IMG/VR virus record: IMGVR_UViG_3300049017_000049
Coordinates: 1-37,265 of that record
Strand: one strand, 5' to 3'
Origin: a virus
Taxonomy: Duplodnaviria; Caudoviricetes
Length of the DNA stretch: 37,265 nucleotides
Positions 1-10,700 of this stretch are shown piece after piece. The notes below the pieces were generated by a model. That model worked only from the letters and a program-made list of their open reading frames with translations. It made no database searches and was not told the DNA's origin. Position 1 is the stretch's first letter. The number at the start of each line of letters is the position of its first letter. Both the position numbers and the translations under genes were made by a program.

Positions 1-218
1 GCTTCCAGCTGACCGTGTACAACTGCAACTCGGCGCTTAACAAGGCAACGATGTGGCAAGAAACGCACAAGCAAAATGGTGGGGCAGTGCAGGGCGGCAT
101 CGGCATCGGCCTCTACGCCAACGCGTCCAGCGTCACCGGATTCCGGCTTTACTGGAGCGGTGCATCGAATTTTGTCGCGAAGGGCCGGGTCAAGGTCTAC
201 GGCATCACCAAGCAATAA
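1..218 (+). CDS. C-terminal end of a probable tail fibre/tail protein (5' truncated by the window)
   Basis: Frame is open from the window edge (FQLTVYNCN...); ends in a beta-rich ...GFRLYWSGASNFVAKGRVKVYGI segment typical of fibre C-termini; position before lysis genes. Confidence 0.55.
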   Translation, partial: FQLTVYNCNSALNKATMWQETHKQNGGAVQGGIGIGLYANASSVTGFRLYWSGASNFVAKGRVKVYGITKQ

Positions 219-227
219 GGAACCGAC

Positions 228-575
228 ATGGACAAAATTTGCTACTGGGACGAAGTCGCACAAGCGCAGGCTGAGCGCGACGCCACGCCGGAAGAACAGG
301 CCGAGATCGACGCACGGCGCGCGGCGCCCGCGCCGGTGCCGGCCAAGGTGACGCGCCGCCAGGCGCTGTCCGCACTGCGCATCAAGAACATCTCGGCCGC
401 GGCGATCGAGGCGGCCATCATGGCACTGCCCACCTCCCAGTTGAACATCGATCTGGCACTCATCGATTTCCGCGAGTCGCTGGAGTTCGAGTACACCCGG
501 CCGCTGGTGATCCAGCTGTGCACGGCGATGGGCCTTGACCGGGACGACCTGTTTCGCTTGGCGGGATCGCTGTGA
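228..575 (+). CDS. Tail-fibre-associated hypothetical protein (115 aa)
   Basis: AGGA RBS; VTRRQALSAL ... DDLFRLA pattern often seen in small genes downstream of phage fibres. Confidence 0.6.
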   Translation: MDKICYWDEVAQAQAERDATPEEQAEIDARRAAPAPVPAKVTRRQALSALRIKNISAAAIEAAIMALPTSQLNIDLALIDFRESLEFEYTRPLVIQLCTAMGLDRDDLFRLAGSL

Positions 576-1042
576 CAATCGGTGTCGTCACGATCCGGTT
601 CACCAGCAAACGGCACCTCGGCAGCCGCCTGATGGCGCTGCTGGCCCAATCCGAATGGGCGAACCACTGCATGCTGATTGAGGGCGGCATGGCGTACGAG
701 GCGGTGTGCTGGCACGGCGTGCGCTACGTCACCTTGGACGCGGCTATGCGCGGGGTCAAGATGTACCAGGACATGGTCGTCGCCGTGCCGAATATCGAGG
801 CTACGCGCGCCTGGATGCGCAGCGTGCTGGGCGCTGGCTACGACTGGCCGGGCGCGGCCGGCATCCCCTTCCAGCGGTCCGACAACTGGCAAGACCCGCT
901 CAGGTGGTGGTGCTCGGAATTTCTGCTCAAGGGTCTGTCCGAAGGCGACCTGAACATCATCGATTTCAACGAGGTCACGCGCGGCACGCCGAACGACCTG
1001 CATCAATACCCGGCACCGAAGTCGCCCGTGGTCGAACTGTGA
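572..1042 (+). CDS. Permuted papain-like (NlpC/P60, YiiX/YebB-like) enzyme
   Basis: His (WANHC) precedes GYDW and the Cys motif WWCSE, the permuted order; GTGA overlap with the upstream gene. Confidence 0.75.
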   Translation: MTIGVVTIRFTSKRHLGSRLMALLAQSEWANHCMLIEGGMAYEAVCWHGVRYVTLDAAMRGVKMYQDMVVAVPNIEATRAWMRSVLGAGYDWPGAAGIPFQRSDNWQDPLRWWCSEFLLKGLSEGDLNIIDFNEVTRGTPNDLHQYPAPKSPVVEL

Positions 1043-1091
1043 CTTTTCCAAACCGTCCGTAGTACAATGCAGCAACAATTAGGAGAGCAAA

Positions 1092-1199
1092 ATGTTCAAG
1101 GAAAACTTGTCAGTTCATAAAGTCGGAAACGGCAACCCGCCGCCCCCTGACGACAAGGCGAAGAAGCCTGTGCCGGTCAAGAAAGACAAAAGCAAATGA
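1092..1199 (+). CDS. 35-aa Pro/Lys-rich peptide (below the ORF-track cutoff)
   Basis: AGGAG at 1081; MFKENLSVHKVGNGNPPPPDDKAKKPVPVKKDKSK; ATGA overlap with the next gene. Confidence 0.65.
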   Translation: MFKENLSVHKVGNGNPPPPDDKAKKPVPVKKDKSK

Positions 1200-1576
1200 T
1201 CTCGTACGCGGTGCTCCTGTGTTTGGCGCTCGTGCTGAACGTCGGCGATCGCCGCATGCTGGTACTGACCGCTCTGGTCGGCGCCGGGGTCTTTGCACCT
1301 GTCCCGGCGCCGCACTTCTATCTCATCTGCATGCTGGGCGAGGCGTTGATCGCGCTGGCGGCGCACCGGATTGCTGCCCGGGCCTCGCGGCCGGTGGTCC
1401 AGATATCCACGATCCTGGTCGCGTTCCACGCGCTGGGCTGGTGGCTGAACGGCTACCCGGTCAGCAGTCCGTACCACGTGATGGTGCAGATTTGCGAGCA
1501 TGCCGAACTGGCGATGTGCATCCTGCTGTCCAACAAATTCACCCGCGAGGTGCACTATGCTGCCCGACTTCGATAG
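1196..1576 (+). CDS. Multi-pass membrane protein (126 aa)
   Basis: About four hydrophobic segments; translationally coupled to the upstream peptide. Confidence 0.75.
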   Translation: MISYAVLLCLALVLNVGDRRMLVLTALVGAGVFAPVPAPHFYLICMLGEALIALAAHRIAARASRPVVQISTILVAFHALGWWLNGYPVSSPYHVMVQICEHAELAMCILLSNKFTREVHYAARLR

Positions 1577-1898
1577 GCCTGCTCCTTACCTGATCGCGCT
1601 GCTAATCTGCATCCTGGCGTATTTCCTGCGCGAGGCGCACACGCGAATCAAGATCGATCTGGAGAAGACCGCCACCCGGGAGGCGCTGGACAAGGCCACC
1701 TCGGAATGGCGCGAAGACCTGAAAGAGGACCGCGACCGGCACCAGCGCGAGATGCAGCGCCTTGAGACCCACTACGAGCAGAAGTTCGCCGGCGCCGTCA
1801 ACGACCTGCACAAGCAGATCGGCAGCCTGAAAGCGGAGATGAAGGACCGGATGGACCTGATCCTCAAGTTGCTTGAACGAAACGAGAACCGACCGTGA
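1557..1898 (+). CDS. Single-TM plus coiled-coil protein, holin/antiholin candidate (113 aa)
   Basis: GAGG RBS before ATG 1557; N-terminal TM (YLIALLICILAYFL) then a charged heptad region; directly upstream of the endolysin. Confidence 0.6.
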   Translation: MLPDFDRPAPYLIALLICILAYFLREAHTRIKIDLEKTATREALDKATSEWREDLKEDRDRHQREMQRLETHYEQKFAGAVNDLHKQIGSLKAEMKDRMDLILKLLERNENRP

Positions 1899-2326
1899 AA
1901 CAGTCAGAGCACGGCAAGAAGCTGGTCCACGAGTTCGAGAGCTGTCGGCTCGAAGCGTATTTCGATAGTGGCAGGGTCGCGACCATTGGGTACGGCCACA
2001 TACGCGGCGTAAAGATGGGCGACACCTGCACGCAAGCGCAGGCCGACGCCTGGTACGACGAGGACACCGACGAGGCCGAGGCCGCCGTCAATGATATGGT
2101 CAAAGTGCCGCTGTCGCAGAACCAGTTCGACGCCCTAGTCAGCTTCACGTTCAACTGCGGCGTCGCCGCGCTGCGCAACTCGACGCTCTTGCGCTTGCTC
2201 AACGCAGGAGACTATGATGGTGCGCGCGACCAGTTCGGCCGCTGGAACCACGACAACGGCGTTGTCGTCACCGGGCTGACCCGGCGCCGGGCCGCTGAGG
2301 CGAACCTGTTCCTCTATAGGGGTTGA
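1895..2326 (+). CDS. Endolysin, GH24 lysozyme
   Basis: E-x8-D-x5-T triad (FESCRLEAYFDSGRVATIGYGH), NQFDALVSFTFN and GLTRRRAAE motifs. Confidence 0.95.
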   Translation: MKQSEHGKKLVHEFESCRLEAYFDSGRVATIGYGHIRGVKMGDTCTQAQADAWYDEDTDEAEAAVNDMVKVPLSQNQFDALVSFTFNCGVAALRNSTLLRLLNAGDYDGARDQFGRWNHDNGVVVTGLTRRRAAEANLFLYRG

Positions 2327-2328
2327 CC

Positions 2329-2679
2329 ATGAAGATCGACTGGATGCTGGTAGTGCTGTGCGGACTGGGCCTGCTGGTAGCCGTCTCACTGTGGCGCGCG
2401 CACCGCAGCGCCAGCTACACCTTCGATCTGCTGGACCTGATCATGGAGAATGGCCGGGTCAGCAAGATCGCCGTGGCCTTCATGCTGGTGCTGGGCGTGA
2501 CCAGCTGGGTGATCATCAACCTGATGGTCAAGGATAAGATGACCGAAGGCTATCTGGGCACGTACGGAACAATGTGGGTGATGCCGTTGGTGGCTAAGGT
2601 GGTATTCGGCAAGACCGATGCGCCGTCCGGAACGACGATCACCACCAGCATTTCCCAGACGGAGAAGACCACGCCATGA
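2329..2679 (+). CDS. Holin candidate (about 3 TM segments)
   Basis: Three hydrophobic segments; lies between endolysin and spanins. Confidence 0.6.
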   Translation: MKIDWMLVVLCGLGLLVAVSLWRAHRSASYTFDLLDLIMENGRVSKIAVAFMLVLGVTSWVIINLMVKDKMTEGYLGTYGTMWVMPLVAKVVFGKTDAPSGTTITTSISQTEKTTP

Positions 2680-3239
2680 TCGCCGCCCTACTATTGCGCT
2701 ACGGCATCCCGCTGTGGGCAGCCAAGCTGGCCCTCGCCGGATTCCTTCTCGTCGTCGCGGCCGGCGGCGCGGTTGCCGTCGTCCACCATATCTACCATCG
2801 GGGCGAACTGGCGAGCGATGCGCGCGCCGAAGCGCGCGAGAAGGAAAATAGCCGCCTGGCCGACCTGGAACTGGCTAAACTGAATGAGAAGGTGAACCAG
2901 GCCAAAGCGGAACTGGCCCTCGCCGTGGCCGACCTGGTCCGCATTGAAACGGAGCTCTCCCATGAAAAACGCGATTCTGCTGCTCTCCAAGCTGAGTATC
3001 TTGCTGGCGCTAAGCGCCTGTCAGTCCTCGTCCGGCAACGATCGGCTGATCCAACCGGACCGAGTCCGGGTGCCGGAACTGCCGTCGTGGGTGACGGGCC
3101 CACCGTTATCGCGGATCTCCCCGGAGAAACTTCAAGCCATCTTGAGGAACTCCGATCTACCCGAGAGCAAGCCATCGATCGACTCGAAGCCTGTGTCGCC
3201 CAATACCAAGCCGTAGCGAAGGCGGTCAACGCCCCGTAG
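2676..3239 (+). CDS. rz: Inner-membrane spanin (Rz-like)
   Basis: N-terminal TM, long coiled coil, C-terminal LEACVAQY; contains an embedded lipoprotein ORF. Confidence 0.85.
   Translation: MIAALLLRYGIPLWAAKLALAGFLLVVAAGGAVAVVHHIYHRGELASDARAEAREKENSRLADLELAKLNEKVNQAKAELALAVADLVRIETELSHEKRDSAALQAEYLAGAKRLSVLVRQRSADPTGPSPGAGTAVVGDGPTVIADLPGETSSHLEELRSTREQAIDRLEACVAQYQAVAKAVNAP
2962..3216 (+). CDS. rz1: Outer-membrane spanin (Rz1-like lipoprotein) embedded in rz in the +1 frame
   Basis: GGAG at 2951; MKNAILLLSKLSILLALSAC lipobox; Pro-rich mature part. Confidence 0.85.
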   Translation: MKNAILLLSKLSILLALSACQSSSGNDRLIQPDRVRVPELPSWVTGPPLSRISPEKLQAILRNSDLPESKPSIDSKPVSPNTKP

Positions 3240-3304
3240 CCCTGCTGTTCTTTTCAGCAACTTCCCGCTATACTCAGGGGCATCCACACGATAGAGGCAC
3301 CAGA

Positions 3305-4726
3305 ATGGCCGGCATGCTCTCCAGCGCTACTGCTAATCCCGATACCGGCGCCGCGGCCCAAACCGCGCCGCCCGATCCGAACAAGGATATGTATCACGAT
3401 TACCTGACTAACCCGAACAGCACGTACGGCCAGGACCCGACTTTGTCCGGGCAGCTGAAAAGCGCCACGGCTGACGGCATCGCCCCTGGCTCCCTCACCG
3501 GCACGCCGGATGAAGTGGCCAAGCAAGGGCTCAAGCCTGAAGCCTACTCCAGCCTCTACGACATCAACTCCCCCGGCACGACCACTGAAGGGCTGACCGG
3601 CGCGGACGACTCGCGTCTTGCTGACGCCGGCATGATGTTCTCGCAGTACAACGGCACCGGTGTGCGCACCGACGACGCCTACAAGCAGTCGATCCAGGAG
3701 GGCGCGGACAGCTACAACAAGCGCTACGGGACGACACTGTCTGCGCAGGACTACGACGCCCAGCTCAACCCGACCTCGTACGGCGCACGCTGGGGCATCC
3801 CTCAGACCGCGAAGCCTGCCCCGACCGCCGGCACGCCCGCGATGTACTCGTACGACTGGTACATCAGCCAGGGCAAAAGCCCGGCGGTCGCCAAGACCAT
3901 GGCCGAAGCTGCCGCCATCACTGGGCACACCGGCGCGCCGGGCTCGGCCGTCTCGCTCTCGGGGGGCGCCCCCGGCGCCAACGTGGCGGGGTACGCGCCG
4001 TCGCAGACCGCCCTCACGCCGGGCATGATGTCGGCCGACCGCCTTGCGCAGATGATGGACCCGAACAGTCCGCTCATGGTGCAGGCAGCCACGCAGGGCA
4101 ACCAGCAGGCCAACAAGCGCGGCCTGCAAAATTCGAGCATCGGCATCTCGGCCGCGCAAGACTCCATGCTGCGCGCCGCCACGCCGTTCGCGCTGCAGGA
4201 TGCGCAGACCGCCGCCAATGTCGGCCTGTCGAACACCGGCGCGATCAACACCGCGGGTCAGTTCAATGCAGGGGCGCAGAACACGTCGACACTGACCGGC
4301 CAGCAACTCGAGTCCCAGCAGAAAATCGCCAAGGACCAGATCGCAAGCCAGCAGCAAATCGCAAGGCTCAACGCCGACACGTCGGTGCTGACGGCCAAGA
4401 TGAGCACCGAGGCGCAAGCCGCGCTGGCGGCGGTCAACAACCAGCACCAGAAGCTGATCCAAAGCAACTCGCAGGCAGCGACCGCGATGAACAACTACGC
4501 CGCCACCGTGGCCAACATCCAGGCGTCGAAAGACATGGATGGTTCTGCCAAGCAGGCCGCCGTCGACACGCAGCTCACCATGCTGCGCAACACGCTCACC
4601 GCACTCGAGAGCCAGAGCGGCCAGAACCTGGAGCAGTATTTTCCGATGATCGCCTCCACCGCGCCGCCGGCAGACCCTGGCACCGGCAACTGGAAGCTTG
4701 ATGAACTGGGCGGGTACATGCCATGA
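3305..4726 (+). CDS. Probable internal virion/DNA ejection protein (473 aa)
   Basis: GAGG RBS; Ala/Gln/Asn-rich helical C-terminal half; first gene of a coupled block ending in a giant protein. Function inferred from composition and synteny. Confidence 0.55.
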   Translation: MAGMLSSATANPDTGAAAQTAPPDPNKDMYHDYLTNPNSTYGQDPTLSGQLKSATADGIAPGSLTGTPDEVAKQGLKPEAYSSLYDINSPGTTTEGLTGADDSRLADAGMMFSQYNGTGVRTDDAYKQSIQEGADSYNKRYGTTLSAQDYDAQLNPTSYGARWGIPQTAKPAPTAGTPAMYSYDWYISQGKSPAVAKTMAEAAAITGHTGAPGSAVSLSGGAPGANVAGYAPSQTALTPGMMSADRLAQMMDPNSPLMVQAATQGNQQANKRGLQNSSIGISAAQDSMLRAATPFALQDAQTAANVGLSNTGAINTAGQFNAGAQNTSTLTGQQLESQQKIAKDQIASQQQIARLNADTSVLTAKMSTEAQAALAAVNNQHQKLIQSNSQAATAMNNYAATVANIQASKDMDGSAKQAAVDTQLTMLRNTLTALESQSGQNLEQYFPMIASTAPPADPGTGNWKLDELGGYMP

Positions 4727-5196
4727 CGGCGTTCGAGCTCACTGAGCAGGAATCCTTGCTGGTCGCTCGCGGCTTGGCGGGCGAACTGACGATGCGGGAG
4801 AAGCTGGACGAGTTCATTGCCAACATGAAGAACTACCCGGCGGCCGAGGTGCAGCTGGAAGAAACCTATTGGGCTGGGATTTACGCGCGCAAGATCACGA
4901 TCAAGAAGGGCACGTCGCTCGAAGGTGAGATTCACCTGACCGAGCACATGAACATTATCGTGTCGGGCGACATCAGCGTGGCCACCGAGTTCGGCGCTGA
5001 GCGCATCACCGGCCACCGGGTGCTGCTATCGAAGCCTGGGTCGAAACGCATCGGCTACGCGCATGAAGACACGGTCTGGATCACCTTGCACGCAGTCGCG
5101 CCGCAGGACCTGGGCAACCTGAAAGAAAAACTGATTGCGACCGGCTATGCCGATCCTCGCTTGGAAGCATTGAAGGAGCAGCTATGGCTTGGGTAG
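4723..5196 (+). CDS. Cupin-fold-like phage protein (157 aa)
   Basis: GIYARKITIKKGTSLEGEIHLTEH ... GSKRIGYAHEDTVWITLH double-stranded beta-helix pattern with His residues. Confidence 0.65.
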   Translation: MTAFELTEQESLLVARGLAGELTMREKLDEFIANMKNYPAAEVQLEETYWAGIYARKITIKKGTSLEGEIHLTEHMNIIVSGDISVATEFGAERITGHRVLLSKPGSKRIGYAHEDTVWITLHAVAPQDLGNLKEKLIATGYADPRLEALKEQLWLG

Positions 5197-6011
5197 TTAC
5201 AGCGGTCGTTACCGCAGCAGAACTGATGACGGCCGCGGCCATCTTCACCGCCGTGGCCGAGGTCGGCATCGCCATGACCGTGGTCGGCAAGATCACGAAG
5301 AGCAAAGAGCTCGTCAAGATTGGCGGCATCATGAGCCTGGTCGGCGGGATCGGCAGCCTGGCCACGAGCGCGTACGGCGCGCTCAGTGCGGCAGGCGCCG
5401 GGGAAGGTGCAGTCGGCGTTGCGGAGGGCGCGGCTGTCGGCGCGGCCAGCGATGTCGCCGGCGAGCAGTTCGCGCTTGAAGCGGGCATGGACGCGGCGGG
5501 GTCGGGCTTCGGCGCAGCAGCGGCGGAAGGCGCGGCAACGACCTTCCCGGTGGACGTGCCCACGCTGGGCGGCATGATGGGCTCTGCACCAGCCACTCCG
5601 GCAGCGGCTACTGGCGTGGCCCCGGCAGCGGCCGGCCCGATCGTGGCGGCGCCGACTCCGGCGCCTGCTGCAGCAACGGCTGCTCCGGCGCCTGGCGTGA
5701 CTGGTGCAGCGTTCGACGCGGGCAGCGCTGGCGCGGTGACGGCGCCGGCCGACACGTCCGCGTTCGGCATCAAGAAGTGGTTCGACGGCCTGGACAAGGC
5801 CACGCAGGGCAAAGTCATCAGCGGCGCCGTGCAGATCGGCGGCAACGCCATCGGCGGCCTGTTCAACGGCTGGTCGGAAGAGCAGAAGATGGCGCTTGAG
5901 CAGCAGCGCCAGTCGCTGGTGCAAAAGAATCTGGAAACACAGCAGGCCAACGCCAACGCGCAGCCGCGCGTGCAGGCCTACGTAAAACCAACCGGGATGA
6001 TGACCTCATGA
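5184..6011 (+). CDS. Probable ejection/pilot protein, Gly/Ala-rich with hydrophobic N-terminus (275 aa)
   Basis: AAGGAG RBS; composition and synteny. Confidence 0.55.
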   Translation: MAWVVTAVVTAAELMTAAAIFTAVAEVGIAMTVVGKITKSKELVKIGGIMSLVGGIGSLATSAYGALSAAGAGEGAVGVAEGAAVGAASDVAGEQFALEAGMDAAGSGFGAAAAEGAATTFPVDVPTLGGMMGSAPATPAAATGVAPAAAGPIVAAPTPAPAAATAAPAPGVTGAAFDAGSAGAVTAPADTSAFGIKKWFDGLDKATQGKVISGAVQIGGNAIGGLFNGWSEEQKMALEQQRQSLVQKNLETQQANANAQPRVQAYVKPTGMMTS

Positions 6012-6538
6012 GCGGAATGATGACGGCCGGCGCGCCGGAACTGCAAGACCCTATCCTCAAGCAGATCGAGGACGGCATCGAGGCCAAGGTCAAACCCGAG
6101 CTCAAGCAGCTCTACCAGTCGATCACGACGGCCGCGATGTCGATCATGTTCGGCAAGGAGACGCACGGCCTGATGCAAAAGCGCCTGGCGTCCGATCCGG
6201 ACATCACGAAGGCGGTGTCGTCCGCCGTGGCCGACCTGATCGCCGCGATCTACAACAAGATCGGTGCGCGCCTGCCGCCCGATGACAAGCAGAAGTTCCT
6301 GCCGGCCGCCGCGCTCGCGTCCGTCACGCTGATGTGCCAGATGCTGGACTACGCCGAGAAGACCGGCGGCGCGCAGGTGTCGGAAGACATGGCCGGCAAG
6401 TGCGCGCAGATGACGACCAACGCCGTGCTGCAGAAGTTCGGCGTCGGCCCTGACAAGGTGCAAAAAGCGGTGCAAATGGCGCAGGCCCAGCAGGCTGGCG
6501 CGCCGGGCGGCGCCGCACCGCCACCGCAAGGAGTGTAA
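6008..6538 (+). CDS. Hypothetical virion-associated protein (176 aa)
   Basis: ATGA-coupled; phage-like codon usage. Confidence 0.65.
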   Translation: MSGMMTAGAPELQDPILKQIEDGIEAKVKPELKQLYQSITTAAMSIMFGKETHGLMQKRLASDPDITKAVSSAVADLIAAIYNKIGARLPPDDKQKFLPAAALASVTLMCQMLDYAEKTGGAQVSEDMAGKCAQMTTNAVLQKFGVGPDKVQKAVQMAQAQQAGAPGGAAPPPQGV

Positions 6539-6541
6539 ATC

Positions 6542-7699
6542 ATGGGCATGGGAATGTTGCTGTCGGGCATCTCCGCTGCGGGTAACTCCGCCGCCGGGGT
6601 GGCGCGCGACTATCAGCGCGACGCGGATGTTGAACTGGCAGCCCAGCGCCAGGCCGAGCGCGCCGCCGCCATGGAGCGCTTGCGCACTGACATGAACGTC
6701 GAGCAGGCGGCACGGATCGCGGAGAACCAGCGCACCGCCGCCGAGGCGCCTGCACGAAGCTTCTCGGCCCTGGTCAAGAAGTACGCGGGCGAGGAGCAGT
6801 CGGTCATCCCGGACGCCGTGACGGAACTGTCCGGCGCCGGCACGGACTCGGGCCTGCCCGGGCTGCACGGCGACGTGGAGAAAATGCGCTCCCAGATCAT
6901 GGCGATCCAGGACCCGGAGATCCGTGCCCTGGGGCTGAAGCAGCTCGACCAGCAGCTGGCCGCTGACGAGATGACTGCGGCCAAGGCGGCAGAAGGCATG
7001 ACCACGCGCCGCACGCCCGAGGAAGCCACGGCCGCGGCTCTGTCCGACGCCAAGATGAACGACCCGACCGCCTACATGGCGGGCAAGGCCATGAACCAGG
7101 ACAAGTACCTGCAGGTCACGGCCGGCGGCGCCGTGATCGACACGACCAGTGGGAAGGTCATCTTCAACAACAGCGCGATGATGGACAAGGCGAAGCTGGA
7201 CGCCGAGACCAAGCTGGCGGTGGCCGAAGCAAAGAACGCGTCGGCTGAGGAGATCGCCACGCTGCGCGCTGAGGCGAAAGCTGCGGCCGGTGGCGCCGGC
7301 AAGACGCCCGCGATCGTGGCCACGGCAAACTGGCTGCTTGAGCAGCGCATCGCCAAGACGCCTGAGGAGGCATGGTACAAGGCCAAGCAGAGCGCGTCCA
7401 AGGCAGAAAGCGATAACGCGGTTCGGATCATGGGCATCCTCGCTCAGCAGCCCGGGTACAAACCGACCAGCAAGACCGGCAAAGGGGCAGCGGCCGACAT
7501 GCTCGCGGACGCCACCGCAATGGCAGAGGGACTGGGCGGAACGGATGCGCCACCTGCTGCGGCGCCGACCGCCGCGCCCCGCGCGCAGACGCCGTACCCG
7601 CTGACCGGCTTGCCGCAAGGCGCCGTGCTCCAGCCGCAATTTGCACCGCGCAAGGTGTACAAGCTGCCGAACGGCGACATGGTCGAACAACACTACTAG
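6542..7699 (+). CDS. Probable ejection protein (385 aa)
   Basis: AAGGAG RBS; Ala-rich helical sequence beginning MGMGMLLSGISAAG. Confidence 0.55.
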   Translation: MGMGMLLSGISAAGNSAAGVARDYQRDADVELAAQRQAERAAAMERLRTDMNVEQAARIAENQRTAAEAPARSFSALVKKYAGEEQSVIPDAVTELSGAGTDSGLPGLHGDVEKMRSQIMAIQDPEIRALGLKQLDQQLAADEMTAAKAAEGMTTRRTPEEATAAALSDAKMNDPTAYMAGKAMNQDKYLQVTAGGAVIDTTSGKVIFNNSAMMDKAKLDAETKLAVAEAKNASAEEIATLRAEAKAAAGGAGKTPAIVATANWLLEQRIAKTPEEAWYKAKQSASKAESDNAVRIMGILAQQPGYKPTSKTGKGAAADMLADATAMAEGLGGTDAPPAAAPTAAPRAQTPYPLTGLPQGAVLQPQFAPRKVYKLPNGDMVEQHY

Positions 7700-7708
7700 G
7701 ACAACGCT

Positions 7709-10700
7709 ATGGCAACCGGGCCTCAGTTCACGAAGTTTGAAGAGGCTCCTGCCGAGCAAGGGCCTCAGTTCACTGCGTTCGACCCCGCCGCGCCGGCGGC
7801 GCAGTTCACGCCATTCGTCCCGGACGGGCCTGACACCCGCACCGAAGTGGGCGCGCTGGAGTCCGCCGGGCGCGGATGGCTGACGTCGAACGCGCAAATG
7901 GGCAAGACCCTGGGCCTTGCGGCCTCCGTGCCCGCCGTGCTCTACGACAAGATCAAGAACACCCTGGGCGGCGACGGCTCGACACCGGCGTCCGACTACG
8001 CGTTCAAGCACATGGTCGACCCCTACCAGGAGAGCGTTGACCGCTACAGCATCCATGCCGACGAGAAGCAGGGCTTCGGCGCCAAGGTGGCCGGTGCAGC
8101 GGGCGCCCTGGGCGCGGACCTGCCGCTCATGATCGCCTCCGGCGGCGAGTCGGCCGTAGCGCCTCTGTACCGCGCTGCCGCGCCGTCCGTGGGCGAGATC
8201 ACTGGCGCCGCGCTGCACCAGGGCTTCAACGCCATGCGCCCCGTCATGGTCAAGTCCGGTGCCGAGAAGGCGGAGGACGTCCTGAACCGAGGCGGCGACA
8301 CCGTCCAGGCGCTGGCCGCTGGCGAGACTGCAGGCGTGCTCTCCGGCTTCATGGGCGCGGCGCCGATGGGTGCGCAGGGCAAACTGCTCTCGCGCATGGC
8401 CACCGGCGTTCCCGTGTCGGCCGTCACCAACGAGGCTGCGCGCCAGGTGCAGAACGCGGCCATGCCTGCGGGCATGGAGACGCCGTTCGATCTGGAACAG
8501 GCCGGCGTTGGCGCGATCACTGGCGGCTTGATGCACGGCGCGCTGGGCCATGGCATCGACGCCACGCCCTATGCCGACCACGCTGCCGCAGTGGATCGCA
8601 TCAAAAACTCCGGCTTGCCCGTGCACGAACAGCTGCAGGCGATCCGCGCCTTGAACCCTGAGCCCGCCCCGGTGCGGGTCGAGCCGTCCGCCGAGATTCT
8701 GAAAGCGGAGTCCGTGGACGAGGCGATCGCCGCGATGAAGGTCGAGCCGGCGGCTGTGTGGCGCCCGCGCGATGGGGCACCCGCCGACACGGCGGCAGCG
8801 GCCGACGTCGCAGCCAAGATCGAAGCCGAACTGCCCAAGGCACCAGAGCCGGTCACGAAGCGACTGCTGAGCGACCGCGGCGTGGACGCCGAGGGCCAGC
8901 CCTGGGAGCACGAGTACCGTGCCGTCACCAACCCGGACGGCAGCTACGCGCTCGAGCGCGTGGCCGGCGGCGAAGCGCAGCGGCTGGGCAAGGACGGCAC
9001 CTGGTCGATGGACGGCGAAGCGCAGTCGTTCAAGAACACCCGCTGGGCGGCCGAGGCGGCGATGGAGCAGAAGGCGAACCAGACACGCGACGGGCGCGCG
9101 GCAGAGGCGCGCGTCGAGCCGCCGCACGCACCGGAGTTCAACGATATTGAGCCGGTGCGTCAGCGGCCCCACGACATCACCAGCCTGCGGCCAGAGGCGC
9201 GGCAGGTGATCACTGCTCGCGCCGTAGACCGCGCGATGGCGCGCATCGACGGTAAAGAGGTTCCGCCGCTGCGGCGCGAGTCGGTGCGGCTGACGATCGA
9301 CCGGGAGCTAAAAGGCCTCGATTCCGGAAAGATCACGCCGGAGGAGTTCGTCCAGCGCATTGACGCGCTCAACTCGCGCAACCAGTTGCGTGCGGCGGAC
9401 GCCCTGATGCAGGACCGCGCACCGCGCGAGCGCGGCGCTGATTACGTGCGCGAGCGCATCCTGCAAGCCAAGCGCCGCGGCGACATGAGCGAGGAAGCCG
9501 CCGACATGGCTGAATGGTTCGTCCAGAAGAACCCCGCGCTGCTCGACCAGCTGGGCGTGAGCGTGCGCACACCGGGCGAGAACAGCACCGCTGGCAGCTA
9601 CCTGCCGGCCGAGCGCATCATGACCATCATGAAGGGCGGCGACAAGTCCACCGTGGCCGTCCACGAGATGCTGCACCACCTGGAACGCATGATGCCGGAG
9701 GACATGCAGCGTGCGGTCCAGAAGGAATACCTGAGCCGCATTGCTGCGGAGGTCAAGGGCAAAGACCCGGCGATGACCGAGTACCTGACGCACATCCTGC
9801 GCGGCGACCGCAAATCGATGGAGGCTGCGGCCGAGATGGTCAAGTCGGCCAAGGTTCCGTACGACGCCTACCAGTTCATGAACCCGTCCGAGTTCTGGGC
9901 GGTGAACATGACGCGCACGGCAGAGGCGCGGTTCCGCGCCAACGGCGTATGGGGCAAGACGAAGCAGTGGCTGACCGAGGCGCTGCAGCACATCAAGGGC
10001 GTGCTCAAGCTGTCGTCCGACGCGCCGATGCTGAGCGCGCTGAACCACATCCTGCGCCGCGGAGACGGGCGCTTCGTCAGCGAGAGCATGCTGGCCGAAG
10101 GCAGCATCTTCCGTGACCTCGACACGCCCCCCGGCAAAGAGGGCGAAGCGCCGCGCCGGCTCGGCAAGATCGGTGCCCAGCTCATGAAGATCGACCTGGT
10201 CAGGCGCGGCGCCGAGGTGATCCCGAAGATCATCAACGAGATCCAGTTGAGCCTGATGCCGATGTCGGCCCGCTCCGGCAGCGAGGCGGCGCGCGCCGCG
10301 GCCAAAGATTACGCCAATGCCGAGCGCAACGCGCGCATGCAGTGGGCGCACTTCGACATGGTACTTGAAAAAAATTACACGTCCGAGGAGCGCCAAGCGA
10401 TGTGGGAGGCTGCGGACGAGCAGAACGTCCTGCTCCAGCAGGGCCTGCCGACGGCCGGCAAAGGGCTCGACCGCCTGAACGATGGCCAGAAGGCCACCAT
10501 GGAAGTGATGCACCGCTACGGCGAGGAACTGCTGCAGCGCGCCAAGGACTCCGGCCTGTTCAAGGGCGAGGGCCTGCCGTACTGGACGCCGCGTATCGCC
10601 GCCATGATCGGCGAGGACGGCAGCTACAGCGCGCCGCCGATGCGCGGAGGCGGTGACGCCGGCACCAGCCCTGTGGGCCGGAACATGTCGACCAACGCGT

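Noticed and set aside
2962-3216. Fully nested gene as a novelty
   Set aside because: Embedded Rz/Rz1 is a well-known spanin arrangement.
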